Shown in pieces: positions 1-11,200 of a stretch of DNA of 64,000 nucleotides (the stretch's first letter is position 1; each line of letters begins with the position of its first letter). Position numbers and translations under genes: made by a program. The stretch comes from an uncultured Clostridia bacterium (GTDB lineage Bacteria > Bacillota > Clostridia > Oscillospirales > Acutalibacteraceae): assembly GCA_946531445.1 (NCBI GenBank), contig CAMNAP010000002.1:7887-71886 (forward strand), in the 5' to 3' direction. Under the pieces are notes generated by a model. The model searched no databases. It was not told the origin of the DNA and worked only from the letters and a program-made list of their open reading frames with translations.

Positions 1-1
1 C

Positions 2-790
2 TTCTCCTTCAAGGGAACAACAAGAGAGGCGCGTTTCGGCAATCCCACTCCGCGAATTGCCGAGTGTAAAAACGGAATGATTAACGCCGTAGGACTTCAG
101 AATCCGGGCGTTCATCACGTTATTGAGCATGAGCTGCCTGAAATGAAAGAATACTTTCATAAGCCTGTTATCGCCAATGTGTCAGGCTTCTCTGTTGAGG
201 ACTATGCCTACACCTGCGAACTGCTTGACTCTCAGGAGCAAATCGGTCTTTTTGAAGTGAATATATCCTGTCCGAATGTTCACGGCGGCGGTATGTCTTT
301 CGGCACAGACCCCGACTCAGCCGCAGAGGTGACAAGAGCAGTAAAGCGCGCAACAACCAAGCCTGTGTTTATAAAGCTCAGCCCCAACGTTACGGATATT
401 GTAAGCATTGCCAAGGCGTGCGAGGCGGCTGGCGCAGACGGTATCTGCCTTATTAATACGCTTCTCGGTATGCGTATAGATATTAAAAAAAGACAGCCTG
501 TAATTGCCAACACAATGGGCGGTTTCAGCGGTGACGCTGTCTTTCCCGTCGCGCTGAGAATGGTATATCAGGTCGCAAAGGCGTGCAGTATCCCCGTTAT
601 GGGATGCGGCGGAGTGTCAACAGCAAAGGACGTAATTGAAATGATGATGGCAGGTGCAACTGCTGTTCAGGTCGGTGCGGCAAATCTTGTTAACCCCTAC
701 GCCTGCAAAGAGATAATTGAAGCGCTTCCCGCTGAGTGTGAGAGGCTGAATATAGAAAAAATAAGTGAAATAATAGGAGCGGTGAAATAA
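2..790 (+). CDS. pyrD: Dihydroorotate dehydrogenase B, catalytic subunit (5'-truncated by window edge)
   Basis: The frame is open from base 2 ([21 protein letters not shown]...). Motifs [26 protein letters not shown] and GGFSG are present; first gene of the pyr cluster. Confidence 0.95.
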   Translation, partial: FSFKGTTREARFGNPTPRIAECKNGMINAVGLQNPGVHHVIEHELPEMKEYFHKPVIANVSGFSVEDYAYTCELLDSQEQIGLFEVNISCPNVHGGGMSFGTDPDSAAEVTRAVKRATTKPVFIKLSPNVTDIVSIAKACEAAGADGICLINTLLGMRIDIKKRQPVIANTMGGFSGDAVFPVALRMVYQVAKACSIPVMGCGGVSTAKDVIEMMMAGATAVQVGAANLVNPYACKEIIEALPAECERLNIEKISEIIGAVK

Positions 791-1488
791 TGGGAAAAGA
801 TGTAATTATTGCCTGCGATTTTGACAGCGCAGAAAAAACGTTCGCGTTTCTTGATAAGTTTACCGAGGAAAAGCCCTTTGTAAAAATCGGTATGGAGCTT
901 TACTATGCCGAGGGTCCCTCAATCGTTCGCGAAATAAAAAGAAGAGGCCACAAAATCTTTCTTGACCTCAAGCTTCACGATATTCCGAATACAGTAAAAA
1001 AATCAATGGCTGTTCTAAGTAATCTTGACGTTGATATGACAAATCTTCACGCGGCAGGTACAATTGATATGATGAAGGCAGCCCTTGAGGGACTTACAAG
1101 AGAGGATGGCTCAAGACCGCTTCTCATAGCCGTAACTCAGCTTACCTCAACAAGCGAGGAGAGAATGCAAAACGAGCTTCTCATCAACGCTTCAATTAAT
1201 GACACAATCGTAAAATATGCCGAAAACGCCAAAACAGCGGGGCTTGACGGTGTTGTCTGCTCACCGCTTGAAGCGGGTATGGTAAAGGAAAGCTGCGGCA
1301 GTGCATTTATGACCGTAACTCCCGGTGTGCGCTTTGCCGACGGCGAGGTAGGAGACCAGGTAAGAGTTACTACGCCCGAAAAAGCAAAGGAAATCGGATC
1401 TGACTATATCGTTGTAGGCAGACCTATTACACAAGCTGAAAATCCCGTAGAGGCGTACCGCCGCTGCGTTAAAGAATTTGTAGGATAA
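790..1488 (+). CDS. pyrF: Orotidine-5'-phosphate decarboxylase
   Basis: [13 protein letters not shown] signature, VTPGVR, VVGRPIT. Confidence 0.97.
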   Translation: MGKDVIIACDFDSAEKTFAFLDKFTEEKPFVKIGMELYYAEGPSIVREIKRRGHKIFLDLKLHDIPNTVKKSMAVLSNLDVDMTNLHAAGTIDMMKAALEGLTREDGSRPLLIAVTQLTSTSEERMQNELLINASINDTIVKYAENAKTAGLDGVVCSPLEAGMVKESCGSAFMTVTPGVRFADGEVGDQVRVTTPEKAKEIGSDYIVVGRPITQAENPVEAYRRCVKEFVG

Positions 1489-1498
1489 GGAGAAGAGT

Positions 1499-2143
1499 AT
1501 GTTTTTTATCACACCCGAAAAAATCGCTAAGGATTTACTTTCAATCAAAGCAGTTTTCTTAAAGCCTGACGAGCCTTTCACCTGGGCGTCGGGAATCAAA
1601 TCACCCATATATTGCGACAACCGTTTAACCCTGTCTGACACAGCTGTCAGAACAGATGTAGAGCAGGGACTTGCAGAGCTTGTAGACCACCATTTCCCTG
1701 AAGCTCAAATGCTTATGGGAACCTCAACTGCAGGCATTGCCCACGCCGCTATTACCGCAACAATTCTTGATTTACCTATGGGATATGTACGCTCAGGAGC
1801 AAAGGACCACGGACGTCAGAATCAGATTGAGGGAAAGCTTGAAAAGGGAACAAAGGTCGTAGTGGTTGAGGACTTAATTTCAACAGGCGGCTCGGTTATT
1901 GAGGTTGTAGACGTGCTTCGCGAGGCAGGGGCTGAGGTGCTCGGTATAGTTTCTATTTTCACCTACGGTCTTAAAAAGGGAACTCAGCGCCTTGAGGAAG
2001 CTAATATAACAAACTACTCTCTTTCAAATGCGGACGTACTCACAAAGGTTGCTGCTGAAGAGGGCTATATAAAAGAAAACGACATTAAAAAGCTGAACGC
2101 ATTTTTCAGTAATCCGGGCGACAGCTCGTGGATGGAGTTATAA
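1499..2143 (+). CDS. pyrE: Orotate phosphoribosyltransferase
   Basis: [14 protein letters not shown] and PRPP-binding [13 protein letters not shown]. Confidence 0.96.
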   Translation: MFFITPEKIAKDLLSIKAVFLKPDEPFTWASGIKSPIYCDNRLTLSDTAVRTDVEQGLAELVDHHFPEAQMLMGTSTAGIAHAAITATILDLPMGYVRSGAKDHGRQNQIEGKLEKGTKVVVVEDLISTGGSVIEVVDVLREAGAEVLGIVSIFTYGLKKGTQRLEEANITNYSLSNADVLTKVAAEEGYIKENDIKKLNAFFSNPGDSSWMEL

Positions 2144-2144
2144 T

Positions 2145-3068
2145 ATGAGACATTTACTTGACACAACTGATTTAACCCTCAGCGAAATTGACGATATGAT
2201 AGCGCTTGCTATGGACATTATTGAAAACGGTGAAAAATACGCCCATATCTGCGAGGGTAAAAAGCTTGCAACGCTCTTTTTTGAGCCAAGTACAAGAACA
2301 CGCCTTTCGTTTGAAAGCGCTATGTATGAGCTCGGCGGCCACGTCCTCGGCTTCAGCGAGGCGGCTTCCTCGTCTGCCGCAAAGGGCGAAAGCGTGTCCG
2401 ACACAATAAGAATGGTGTCGTGCTATGCTGATATTGTCGCAATGCGCCACCCCCTTGAGGGTGCGCCGAGAGTGGCTGTAAACAAAACGCTTATCCCGAT
2501 TATTAATGCAGGCGACGGCGGCCACGCACATCCGACTCAGACTCTTACCGACCTTCTCACAATCTATCGCGAAAAGGGAACGTTTGACAATCTTACAATC
2601 GGTCTTTGCGGCGATTTAAAATTCGGACGTACCGTTCATTCGCTTATAAAAGCAATGTGCAGATATAAAAATGTCCGCTTTGTTCTCATCTCACCTAAGG
2701 AACTTCAGGTGCCCGATTATATCATCACCGATGTTCTTGAGCCGAGCGGCGCAAAATACGTTCAGGTGGAAAATATGGAGGCTGTAATGCCCGAGCTTGA
2801 CATTCTTTATATGACGCGAATTCAGCGCGAGCGCTTCTTCTCTGAGGAGGAATACTTAAAGCACAAGGACGCGTTTATCCTTGATATGTCCAAGCTTGAA
2901 AATGCAAAGGAAAGCCTTACAATTATGCACCCGCTTCCGAGAGTTAACGAAATCAGCACCGATGTAGACGAGGACAAAAGAGCTAAATACTTTGAGCAGG
3001 CGCTCAACGGTAAATATATAAGAATGGCGCTCATTATCACGCTTCTTAAGTGGGGAGGACAGTTATGA
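2145..3068 (+). CDS. pyrB: Aspartate carbamoyltransferase catalytic subunit
   Basis: [27 protein letters not shown]. Confidence 0.97.
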   Translation: MRHLLDTTDLTLSEIDDMIALAMDIIENGEKYAHICEGKKLATLFFEPSTRTRLSFESAMYELGGHVLGFSEAASSSAAKGESVSDTIRMVSCYADIVAMRHPLEGAPRVAVNKTLIPIINAGDGGHAHPTQTLTDLLTIYREKGTFDNLTIGLCGDLKFGRTVHSLIKAMCRYKNVRFVLISPKELQVPDYIITDVLEPSGAKYVQVENMEAVMPELDILYMTRIQRERFFSEEEYLKHKDAFILDMSKLENAKESLTIMHPLPRVNEISTDVDEDKRAKYFEQALNGKYIRMALIITLLKWGGQL

Positions 3069-3487
3069 ATATAGACGCAATTGAAAACGGTTATGTTATA
3101 GACCATATCCCCGCAGGAAGAGGAATGGATGTTTACAAGGTTTTAAAGCTCGGTAAGCTCTCCTGTCAGGTCGCAATAATAACTAACGCGAAATCACTTA
3201 AAAGCGGTGCAAAGGATATAATTAAAATCAACGAGCTGATTAATCTTGACCTTGACACCGTAGCTTTTATAGCTCCCGACGCAACTGTAAATATAATCAA
3301 AAACAGCAAGCGGATTGAAAAGAAAAAGCTTTCTCTTCCCGATAAGCTTGTTAACGTTATTAAATGTCCCAATCCGCGCTGTATCTGTAACAACGAAAGC
3401 GTTGACCATATTTTCAGACTTACAGACGCAAAAGGAACATACAGATGTATTTACTGCGAAACACGTCAAAATAAATTCAACAACTAA
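3065..3487 (+). CDS. pyrI: Aspartate carbamoyltransferase regulatory subunit
   Basis: GYVIDHI and Zn ligands CPNPRC...CIYC. The ATG at 3065 follows a GGAGGA RBS and overlaps the pyrB stop. Confidence 0.93.
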   Translation: MNIDAIENGYVIDHIPAGRGMDVYKVLKLGKLSCQVAIITNAKSLKSGAKDIIKINELINLDLDTVAFIAPDATVNIIKNSKRIEKKKLSLPDKLVNVIKCPNPRCICNNESVDHIFRLTDAKGTYRCIYCETRQNKFNN

Positions 3488-3515
3488 GGGGCGACCTATT
3501 TACTTAGGGTGCCCC

Positions 3516-3544
3516 AAAGGGCTGTTTTTTAAACAGCCTTTTTT
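3516..3544 (+). terminator. Intrinsic terminator of the pyr operon
   Basis: GGCTGTTT-ttt-AAACAGCC followed by a T-run. A second GC-rich hairpin lies just upstream (3488-3515). Confidence 0.8.
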
Positions 3545-3549
3545 ATTTC

Positions 3550-3578
3550 TTGACAAACGGAATTATTTTACTTAAAAT
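3550..3578 (+). promoter_or_regulatory. sigmaA-type promoter for the aquaporin gene
   Basis: TTGACA-17 bp-TAAAAT. Confidence 0.75.
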
Positions 3579-3626
3579 GAAATTACAGGAATATGAAATC
3601 TGTAAAATTTTAAAGGAGTGGATTTT

Positions 3627-4361
3627 ATGAAAAAGGAAATCAAAAAGCTTTTAGCCGAGCTTATAGGAACCTGCGTTCTTGTAACTCTCGGCTGCGGTAC
3701 GGCAATGCTTGTAGGCTGCGATGCCAAAAACGGATGCGGCTATCTTTTAACCGCTCTTGCTTTCGGTCTTGTAATCGTTGGTATGGCTTACTGTATCGGC
3801 AACATCTCAGGCTGCCACATAAACCCTGCGGTATCCCTCGGTGTTCTCATAAGCGGCGGAATGTCGTTCGGAGAATTCCTCGGCTATGTAGTATCCCAGA
3901 TTATGGGCGCTCTCGTAGGAACGGGTATCCTCGCGCTCATTTTCGGAAAAGGACAGCTTGTTGATATGACAGGCGGCTTCGGCGCAAACGGACTTGCAGG
4001 AGTAAACGGCTCACACGTTGCAGGCCTTGCAACCGAAATGGTGCTTACTTATATCTTTGTTCTTACAATTCTCGGCGTAACCTCAAAGAAAGCGGAGCAC
4101 GGCTCATTCGGCGGCCTCATCATCGGCTTAACGCTTACTCTCGTTCACATCTTCGGTATCGGCTTAACGGGAACCTCTGTTAATCCCGCGCGTTCAATAG
4201 CTCCCGCTGTTGCGGCATTCGTTAACGGTAACGCTGACCCGATTAAAGACCTCTGGGTATTCATTGTAGGCCCGTTTGTTGGCGCTGCCTTTGCCGCTCT
4301 TACATATATGTTTCTTGAAAGCGACGAGGTAAGAGAAATAAAGAAAAAGGCTAAGAAATAA
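3627..4361 (+). CDS. aqpZ: MIP family channel, aquaporin Z-like
   Basis: Two NPA boxes (SGCHINPAVS, GTSVNPARS). His/Thr/Arg filter context (LVHIFGIGLTGTSVNPAR) matches water-type aquaporins. ATG 3627 follows AAGGAG. Confidence 0.88.
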   Translation: MKKEIKKLLAELIGTCVLVTLGCGTAMLVGCDAKNGCGYLLTALAFGLVIVGMAYCIGNISGCHINPAVSLGVLISGGMSFGEFLGYVVSQIMGALVGTGILALIFGKGQLVDMTGGFGANGLAGVNGSHVAGLATEMVLTYIFVLTILGVTSKKAEHGSFGGLIIGLTLTLVHIFGIGLTGTSVNPARSIAPAVAAFVNGNADPIKDLWVFIVGPFVGAAFAALTYMFLESDEVREIKKKAKK

Positions 4362-4369
4362 GAAAATTT

Positions 4370-4394
4370 AAGAGCGGCTATGCCGCTCTTTTTT
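4370..4394 (+). terminator. Intrinsic terminator between the aquaporin and MFS genes
   Basis: AAGAGCGGC-tat-GCCGCTCTT-TTTT. Confidence 0.7.
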
Positions 4395-4405
4395 GAGGAA
4401 TAGAA

Positions 4406-5860
4406 ATGAAGTACATTACAAAAAAAGAGAAGTCAAATTACTATTTCGGTCTTGTCGGTCAGAATATGGTTTACTCGCTCATAGGCGGCTCTTTTTTTAC
4501 TTACTTTCTGACCGATATTGCACTCTTTCCTGCAATCGCCGTATCCGTAATGCTTGTAGTTATGAAGGTGTGGGACGGTGTAAACGACCCGATTGTAGGC
4601 TCATTTGTAGATAAGCATACCTTCAAAAGCGGGGAAAAGCTGCGTCCGTTTTTACGTTATACGCCGCTACCGGTTGGCGCGTTTACCGTTTTGATGTTTA
4701 TCGTTTTTTCAACCGACGATAAGCTTCTCTGGCTGAGAATATCATATTTCGTAATTATGTACATCTGCTGGGATTTAAGCTACACCTTCCAGGACGTTGC
4801 AATCTGGGGTATTACCGCGTGCGTATCGCCTGAATCCGATGAGCGTGACCGCTTTGTTCAGTGGGCGAGAACGTTCGGCTCAATCGCTTACGGCGTTTTC
4901 AGTATGGGAATACCGATGATTCTTGAAATGGTAGTAAACGCAACGGGCTCCTCGTGGAAGCTTATGACGGTTGTGTTTGCGCTTATCTTCGGGCTCGGCG
5001 GTTCAATGATGTCGCTTCGCTGCTATCAGGCACAGGAGCGTATAAGAGTAAATGTAAACGACCAGCAGGAGAGTCTAAGAGAAAGCTTCTCGCTTCTCTT
5101 CAAAAACAAGATGATGCTTCTTGTAACCGCCGCAAATCTCTGCGGTGCGCTCGGCTTCGGCGCAAACCTTGTAACGTATTTCTTCAAATATGAAATCCCT
5201 AAGGATTTCATCGGCAACGGCGAGGGAATATGGGGTATGATAGGCGCGCTCGGTCTTACAACAATTTACTACGCAATCACAGGCGCACCGGGTTTTATAG
5301 GAATGATGCTTGCCGACAAGATGAAGCAGTGGCTCGGCGGATACAAAAATGTTCTTATCTTTATGCAGGTTTGCAATATAGTTACAAGAGCAATCGCTTA
5401 CTTTATCGGCTTTGAGGGCAAAAACCTCTGGATTGGTCTTATCATCGTCGGTATAGGCTGTATCCCCAACGGGGCGACCTCAATTGCCCAGACCTCAATT
5501 TTCTGCGACAGTATTGACTATATGGAGTATAAAACGGGCAAGAGAACAGAGGGTATTACCTTCTCAATTCAGACCTCGTTTACAAAGATTTCAAGCGGTA
5601 TTACAGCGGGGCTTTCTGCTCTCGCGCTGCACGTTCTCAAGTATAACGCTATAGACGATTCTGCCGCAGTTTTCGTAGGAACACAGAGCGCCGCATTTGA
5701 TAAGTGGATATGGCCGCTTGTTATGCTCACTCCTGCAATTGCAAGCGTGCTGTTTATAATCCCGCTTCTGTTTATCCGCTACACTCCCGAAGAGCGTAAA
5801 AAGGTAGAGGCAACGCTTAAAGCCCGCCGCGAAGCGGAAAACGATTTTGTAACTGAATAA
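4406..5860 (+). CDS. MFS glycoside-pentoside-hexuronide (MelB/GPH-like) transporter
   Basis: WDGVNDPIVG, KLRPFL and DSIDYMEYKTGKRTEG motifs; about 12 hydrophobic segments. Confidence 0.88.
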   Translation: MKYITKKEKSNYYFGLVGQNMVYSLIGGSFFTYFLTDIALFPAIAVSVMLVVMKVWDGVNDPIVGSFVDKHTFKSGEKLRPFLRYTPLPVGAFTVLMFIVFSTDDKLLWLRISYFVIMYICWDLSYTFQDVAIWGITACVSPESDERDRFVQWARTFGSIAYGVFSMGIPMILEMVVNATGSSWKLMTVVFALIFGLGGSMMSLRCYQAQERIRVNVNDQQESLRESFSLLFKNKMMLLVTAANLCGALGFGANLVTYFFKYEIPKDFIGNGEGIWGMIGALGLTTIYYAITGAPGFIGMMLADKMKQWLGGYKNVLIFMQVCNIVTRAIAYFIGFEGKNLWIGLIIVGIGCIPNGATSIAQTSIFCDSIDYMEYKTGKRTEGITFSIQTSFTKISSGITAGLSALALHVLKYNAIDDSAAVFVGTQSAAFDKWIWPLVMLTPAIASVLFIIPLLFIRYTPEERKKVEATLKARREAENDFVTE

Positions 5861-5866
5861 AAGATT

Positions 5867-5899
5867 AAAACGGATGAAGAATTCTTCATCCGTTTTTTT
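5867..5899. terminator. Bidirectional intrinsic terminator
   Basis: Perfect 30-bp palindrome AAAACGGATGAAGAATTCTTCATCCGTTTT between convergent genes. Confidence 0.85.
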
Positions 5900-5901
5900 G
5901 T

Positions 5902-6975
5902 TTATTTATAAACTCTTTCAATCCTCGGGTTTACCATTAACGGCGAGATGTCAACGCTTGCAAGGTCGCCCGCCTTAATGTCTGTTCCCGTAACGTCAAC
6001 GGCTGTGTGTGAAAGTCCTATTCCGCCTATTACGTAGTGCATTTCGCCATTGATTCTTACATACATCTGCTGCTTTTTAAGAAAACGCTTGAATACGCTT
6101 AAAACGTAGTGAAAATCGTATTGCTCCTTTTCCTTAGTGAGCCCAAAGCCGTCGTAGTGACCTATAGGCACTATGGCGATTTTTGTTTCGCGCTTCGTAG
6201 TATAAAGTCCGTTGTAGCCGATTGAATAACCCGCGGGAACTGTTTTAACCTCAACAACCTCCGCTTCAAGCGAGCCGAGTCTGTTAAGTCCGCTTTTGCT
6301 TTTTGTAATAACCCTTCCCGTAAACGCCGAGCCTATTCTCACGCTGTCAAGACAAACGTCCTCAACATTGAGAAGAGCGGGGGAGTTAGCCGCGTGAATT
6401 GTTCCGACTTCGCCAACCGCTTTCTTTATCTGCTCCATAGCGTCCTTAAACATAACGAGCTGTGCTTTTGTAAGCGGCGCATTTCTGAAAGCCGATGAAA
6501 AATGAGTGTACGCTCCCGTAAATTTTAAGTTGGGATAAGAATAACACTTAATCGCCTCTTCAATCTGGCTTGGCATAAAGCCGTAACGTCCCATACCCGT
6601 GTCAATTTTAAGGTGACATTTTGTAGTAACGCCGAGCTTTTCGCTTACTCTGTTCATAACCTCAGCCGCTTCAAGCGAGCCGATTGTAGCCGTCGCACCG
6701 TTTCGGGCGATTATTTCCGCCTCGTTTTCAAGACAGGTTGAGCGCATAACAAGTATGTCCTCGCCGTCGAGTATTTCCTTAAGCACGGGTATATCCGTAA
6801 CCTCGGTTACCGCAAAGGTTTTAATGCCGTGCTCTTTAAGAGCAATGGTAAATTCTTTAATGCCGAAGCCGTAGCCGTTGCCCTTGACAACGCCGATTAC
6901 GTCAACGCCCGCCTTGCTTTTAACAAGCTCAATGTTTTCATCAAGCTTCGCCTTGTCAATTACGTATCTGCTCAT
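5902..6975 (-). CDS. alr: Alanine racemase family PLP enzyme
   Basis: VVKGNGYGFG (PLP Lys, a variant of AVVKANAYGHG), HLKIDTGMGRYG, YTHFSSA, GYSIGY. Confidence 0.8.
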   Translation of the reverse strand: MSRYVIDKAKLDENIELVKSKAGVDVIGVVKGNGYGFGIKEFTIALKEHGIKTFAVTEVTDIPVLKEILDGEDILVMRSTCLENEAEIIARNGATATIGSLEAAEVMNRVSEKLGVTTKCHLKIDTGMGRYGFMPSQIEEAIKCYSYPNLKFTGAYTHFSSAFRNAPLTKAQLVMFKDAMEQIKKAVGEVGTIHAANSPALLNVEDVCLDSVRIGSAFTGRVITKSKSGLNRLGSLEAEVVEVKTVPAGYSIGYNGLYTTKRETKIAIVPIGHYDGFGLTKEKEQYDFHYVLSVFKRFLKKQQMYVRINGEMHYVIGGIGLSHTAVDVTGTDIKAGDLASVDISPLMVNPRIERVYK

Positions 6976-6990
6976 AATATTCTCCTTATT

Positions 6991-7040
6991 GCCTCCCTTG
7001 TGTAAAGGGAGGTGTCACGCATCGTGTGACGGAGGGATTG
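6991..7040. repeat. REP-like / miniature palindromic intergenic element
   Basis: GCCTCCCTTGTGTAAAGGGAGGTGTCACGCATCGTGTGACGGAGGGATTG: two nested hairpins in a GC-rich block that sits between a stop codon and the next RBS. It resembles a dispersed repeat I recall from Oscillospiraceae/Lachnospiraceae genomes. Single copy in this window. Confidence 0.65.
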
Positions 7041-8078
7041 TTATCTAATCTTCTTGAGAACCTCTGTTCCTATGTTATACAGCTTGTAAACAGGTTTGTT
7101 TATAACGTAGTCAAACTCGCCGATAAACTCCTTCATATAACCGCCGAAGCCGTGCTTGAAGCGCCAGAGTCCGTAATGCGGATTGTCGGGATTCTGACAG
7201 TCGCCGCTGATTCCGCCGAAGTCGTAAACCTTGCAGCCGCATTCCATGCCCCACTGCATCATAGCCCACTGAAGCGCATAGTTGGGGTAAACGTTTCTGT
7301 GAGCGTTTGAAGAAGCGCCATACTGGTATTTCATAACGTTCTGTCCCCATTTAATCGCAAGCGTTCCGGCTATAGCCTTGCCCTCGTAGTACGCCATATA
7401 GAGCCTTGCGTCGTCCGTCATACAGTCAAGTATCTTTTCAAAATACCATTTCGGTCTTGTAGAAAAGCCGTCGCGCTCTCCCGTTTCAGCCATAATTGAA
7501 ACAAAATCGTCAAGCGCCTCTTTGCCGCATACCTTAACCTCAACACCCTTTCTCGGCGCTTTTCTAATACGGTTTCTGTAGTCTGATTTAAAGGTGAGCA
7601 TAAGCTCGTCCTCTGTCATACCGTTGTAGTCAAAGCAGTAAACAAATCTCGGCTGAACGTTTTCAAAATCCATACAGCCCGGGTTAAGCTCAATAAAGCC
7701 CTTGTCTGTAAGGTGCTTTTTATACGCCTTGTTTTCAATAACAATTTCGGGGTCAATTTTAAGACAGTACGCCTTGTATTCCTTGCCCACCTCAAGAAGT
7801 GCCTCAAAGAGCCTGTCAAACGTGTCAAAATCGTCCTCGTCTGCTACAAAACCTCTGCAGCAATACATAAGCGAATTACCTATAACGGGAATTGAACGTA
7901 TAAGAACAGCCGCCGCACCTTTAATTTCGCCGCTTTCGTCCTTAAGCATTACTGCCTCCCATTTCCACGCTGATTTAACCTTCGCCCATTTTGACGAGTG
8001 CTGAAAAAGTCCTTTCGGGTGGCGCTTAATAAATTCTTCGTATTCCTCAAGGTTGTCCTTGTTAACTCTTTCAATCAT
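7041..8078 (-). CDS. FemABX/MurM-family peptidoglycan bridge aminoacyltransferase
   Basis: FQHSSKWAKVK, LKIDP, NVYPNYALQW, YDFGG, GLWRFKHGFGG...IGEFD. ATG 8078 follows AGGAGA. Confidence 0.9.
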   Translation of the reverse strand: MIERVNKDNLEEYEEFIKRHPKGLFQHSSKWAKVKSAWKWEAVMLKDESGEIKGAAAVLIRSIPVIGNSLMYCCRGFVADEDDFDTFDRLFEALLEVGKEYKAYCLKIDPEIVIENKAYKKHLTDKGFIELNPGCMDFENVQPRFVYCFDYNGMTEDELMLTFKSDYRNRIRKAPRKGVEVKVCGKEALDDFVSIMAETGERDGFSTRPKWYFEKILDCMTDDARLYMAYYEGKAIAGTLAIKWGQNVMKYQYGASSNAHRNVYPNYALQWAMMQWGMECGCKVYDFGGISGDCQNPDNPHYGLWRFKHGFGGYMKEFIGEFDYVINKPVYKLYNIGTEVLKKIR

Positions 8079-8107
8079 AACCAATCTCCTAAAAATTAAT
8101 TCTATAT

Positions 8108-8136
8108 ATTATACCACACCTGCGCGCTCTTGTAAA
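8108..8136 (-). promoter_or_regulatory. sigmaA-type promoter for the fem-alr operon
   Basis: Minus strand TTTACA-17 bp-TATAAT with TG extension. Confidence 0.7.
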
Positions 8137-8159
8137 CTTATCTTTTAATAAAAATAATA

Positions 8160-8188
8160 TTGTATATTTTATCACGTTCTGCTATAAT
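8160..8188 (+). promoter_or_regulatory. sigmaA-type promoter for the S8 protease gene
   Basis: TTGTAT-17 bp-TATAAT with TG extension. Confidence 0.7.
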
Positions 8189-8220
8189 TATAATGAGAAA
8201 ATTTAGTCAGGAGGGATAAT

Positions 8221-11200
8221 ATGAATAAATTCGGCAAGGCCTTTATTGCGCTTATTGTCTGCTTTTCGCTTGCAATACCGCTTGTTGTAAGCTTAAATTA
8301 TTCTGCTTCTCCCGCCGACTTTTCCGGGGAAAAATATCTTTCTGATATAGCCGAGATTTACAGAGAGTACGACGGAGATTTATCAAAAAAGGATAAAGAT
8401 GACCCGCTTGCTCTTAACCGAATTGTTGTAAGTGATTATAACGGTAAGAAGTACGGCTGTGTCAAGCGCGCCTGGGATACTAAGCATAAAATCGGCGTGC
8501 TTCAGTACGAAACGCGAAAGGACGCCGAAGAGGCTATTAAAGCAGTAAGACGCGACGGACTTGTTGCCGAGGGCGATGGCATTGCATATTTTGACAATGA
8601 AATCAAAGAAACACCCGAAGCTATTGTAAACGAAGCACCCGCCCTCGCAAGTGAGAAGGGAACTCTTTCTCCTTCCTCAAGCGGGTTCCTCGGCACTAAG
8701 CAGTATATTGAAAAGCTCAACGCCGAAGAAAAGGATGAGGTCGTAGTTGCAATTGTTGATACGGGCGTTATGTACGAGCATACTGCAATAGCAGACCGCT
8801 TCTGTTCAACGGGCGTTGACCTTTCGTCAGATAAAGCGCCCGACGCTCATTACGATACCGATATGGTCGGCGAATACTATGACCACGCAACTATGGTTTC
8901 AGGTGTTATTGCCGATAATACGCCTGATAACGTAAAAATATTTCCCTATAAGGTCGTTGCCTTCGGAGCAAGCGGAGCGGCGGCAAGCGCAATAATGAAC
9001 GGCCTTTACGAGGCGGTAGACAGCAACGCCAAGGTTATCAGCGTTTCGCTTTCAACAAACGGCTGCTACAGCTATATTGAAGAGGCCATCACAAACGGAC
9101 GTCAGAAGGGAATCTGTGTATGCGCAAGCGCGGGCAACAGCTCAAAGGTTGTAACGGGAATGTATCCCGCCTGCTGTACATATGCAATTACCGTTTCGGC
9201 GCTTAATACGGACAATACTACTATCGCCCCGTTTTCTAACTACGGCGAAAACATAGATTTTACAGCGCCCGGAAGAAGAATACACACAACTGCTCCCGTC
9301 AATGGGGACAGCGGATATGTTTACGGCTCGGGTACGTCGTTTTCAACTCCTTATATTTCGGCGTGTTGCGCCTGCATAAAATCCGATTATCCCGATATGC
9401 CGCGCGACGACGTGTATTCTGCGCTTTGCGATTTTGCAACCGACCTCGGTGACGAGGGCTACGATATTTACTACGGTAACGGCGCTCCGAATCTCAGCAA
9501 TATGGTTTATACCGACGGAGAAAACTACAGCTTTTCAATTCCCGAAAATACGCTTGAGATTTACACTGACGCCGATTATACTGCCGACACTCAGCCGTGG
9601 AAAAAGTACGCAACGGTTATAACAGACGTTACGGTTGACCCATCGGTTGAAAGACTCGCAAACTACGTGTTCTATAAAATGCCCAATGCGCAGTTTAATA
9701 TGCGCGAAAGCTACAACAGCATAGGCTCTTACGCTTTTTACGGCTGTACACAGCTTGACGGTTATACCTGCACGATTGACGTTGAAGAAATAGGGCAGGG
9801 TGCGTTCGGCGGAATTGAGGGCTTTGTTCTCAGCGGCTACAGAAACACGCCTGCTGAAAGCTATGCGCTAAGCGAAAATATAACCTTTAACGCGCTCGGC
9901 TGTAAACACAGCTACAAGCACGTTGTGTATGACCCGACAAAAACGAGCGAGGGTTATACGCTTTATACCTGTACGGTCTGCGGCGAGCAGTATGTCGGAA
10001 AATATATTGAGCCGACTCCCGTTGAAACGGGTAAATGCGGCGATAACCTGACGTATACCTACTTTGACACGGGCAGGCTGACAATTGAGGGCAGCGGTGA
10101 TATGTACGATTATATGAACACTCCCGCCCCGTGGGCTGATTATAAAGACAGCATTATGGTGCTTCAGGTTAAGGAGGGCGTAGGCGATGTTTCACCGTTC
10201 GCGTTTTACGGCTGCACCTCGCTTTCACGTTTCTTTATAAGCGACGGAAATTCTTATTACTACGATGACGACGAGTATAATCTCGTAAGAAAATCAGACG
10301 GCGCCCTGCTTCTCGCAATTATGGGCACTCAGAATTCGCCCTATACGGTAAGAGAAAGAATTAACAGCTTTAATTCTACAGCGTTTATTATATGCAATCC
10401 GTCGGCAGTTGTCGGAAACGGATACACAACAAACGACGGTATAGTTTACAATTCAGACGGTGATATTGCTATGGCTTTGCCGTCATATAATAAGAGCGGG
10501 TTTGAATTTGGCGCCAACTGTGACGTTAACGAATACGCGTTTATCTATTGCCCGGGACTTCTTAAAATCAGCGGAGACTATATACGCATAAACGTAGGTC
10601 AGTACGGCTTCGGCTATTACTACGACGGTACAATGAACAAACAGAATGCGCTATTTGTAACTAATGCTTCAAGCGGACTTTATCAGTACGCCTCTGATAA
10701 CGGCTTTGCCGTAGACCTCGGCGTTACGGGTAAGTGCGGCGACGATATACTCTGGCGATACAATGAAGAGGAAAGCTCGCTGACTCTTACGGGCAGCGGC
10801 GATATGTATACGTTTGAGAGCGAAGAGCTTGTACCGTGGAAGGAATATATCCCAACTCTTAAAAAGGCAGTAATTGCCGATTCAATAACCTCTCTTTCGC
10901 CGTATTCCTTCAATAAGGCAACAAAGCTCAGCGACCTTACGCTCCCGCTTTCAATTGAAGCGCCTAAGGATATTAACACATGGAACGGCTGTAACGCTAT
11001 TAAGAAGCTGACTCTTACGCTCGGTACGGGAAGAACGGACGACTACGTTGAAGCAGACGGAACAGAGCTTTATAAGTTCACTCCGTGGTTTATTTCAAAG
11101 AGCAGCATAACCTCGTTCAGCCTTGACGAGAATGTTAAATACATAACCTCTGAGGCGTTCAGAAACTGTACCTGTATAAAATCGCTTAAATTCAACTGTA

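Noticed and set aside
3627-4361. MIP channel as a glycerol facilitator feeding lipid catabolism
   Set aside because: The His-containing filter and NPARS (not NPARD) point to a water-type aquaporin.
5867-5896. Perfect 30-bp palindrome as a possible operator or recombination site
   Set aside because: Its position between convergent stops with A/T tails fully explains it as a bidirectional terminator.
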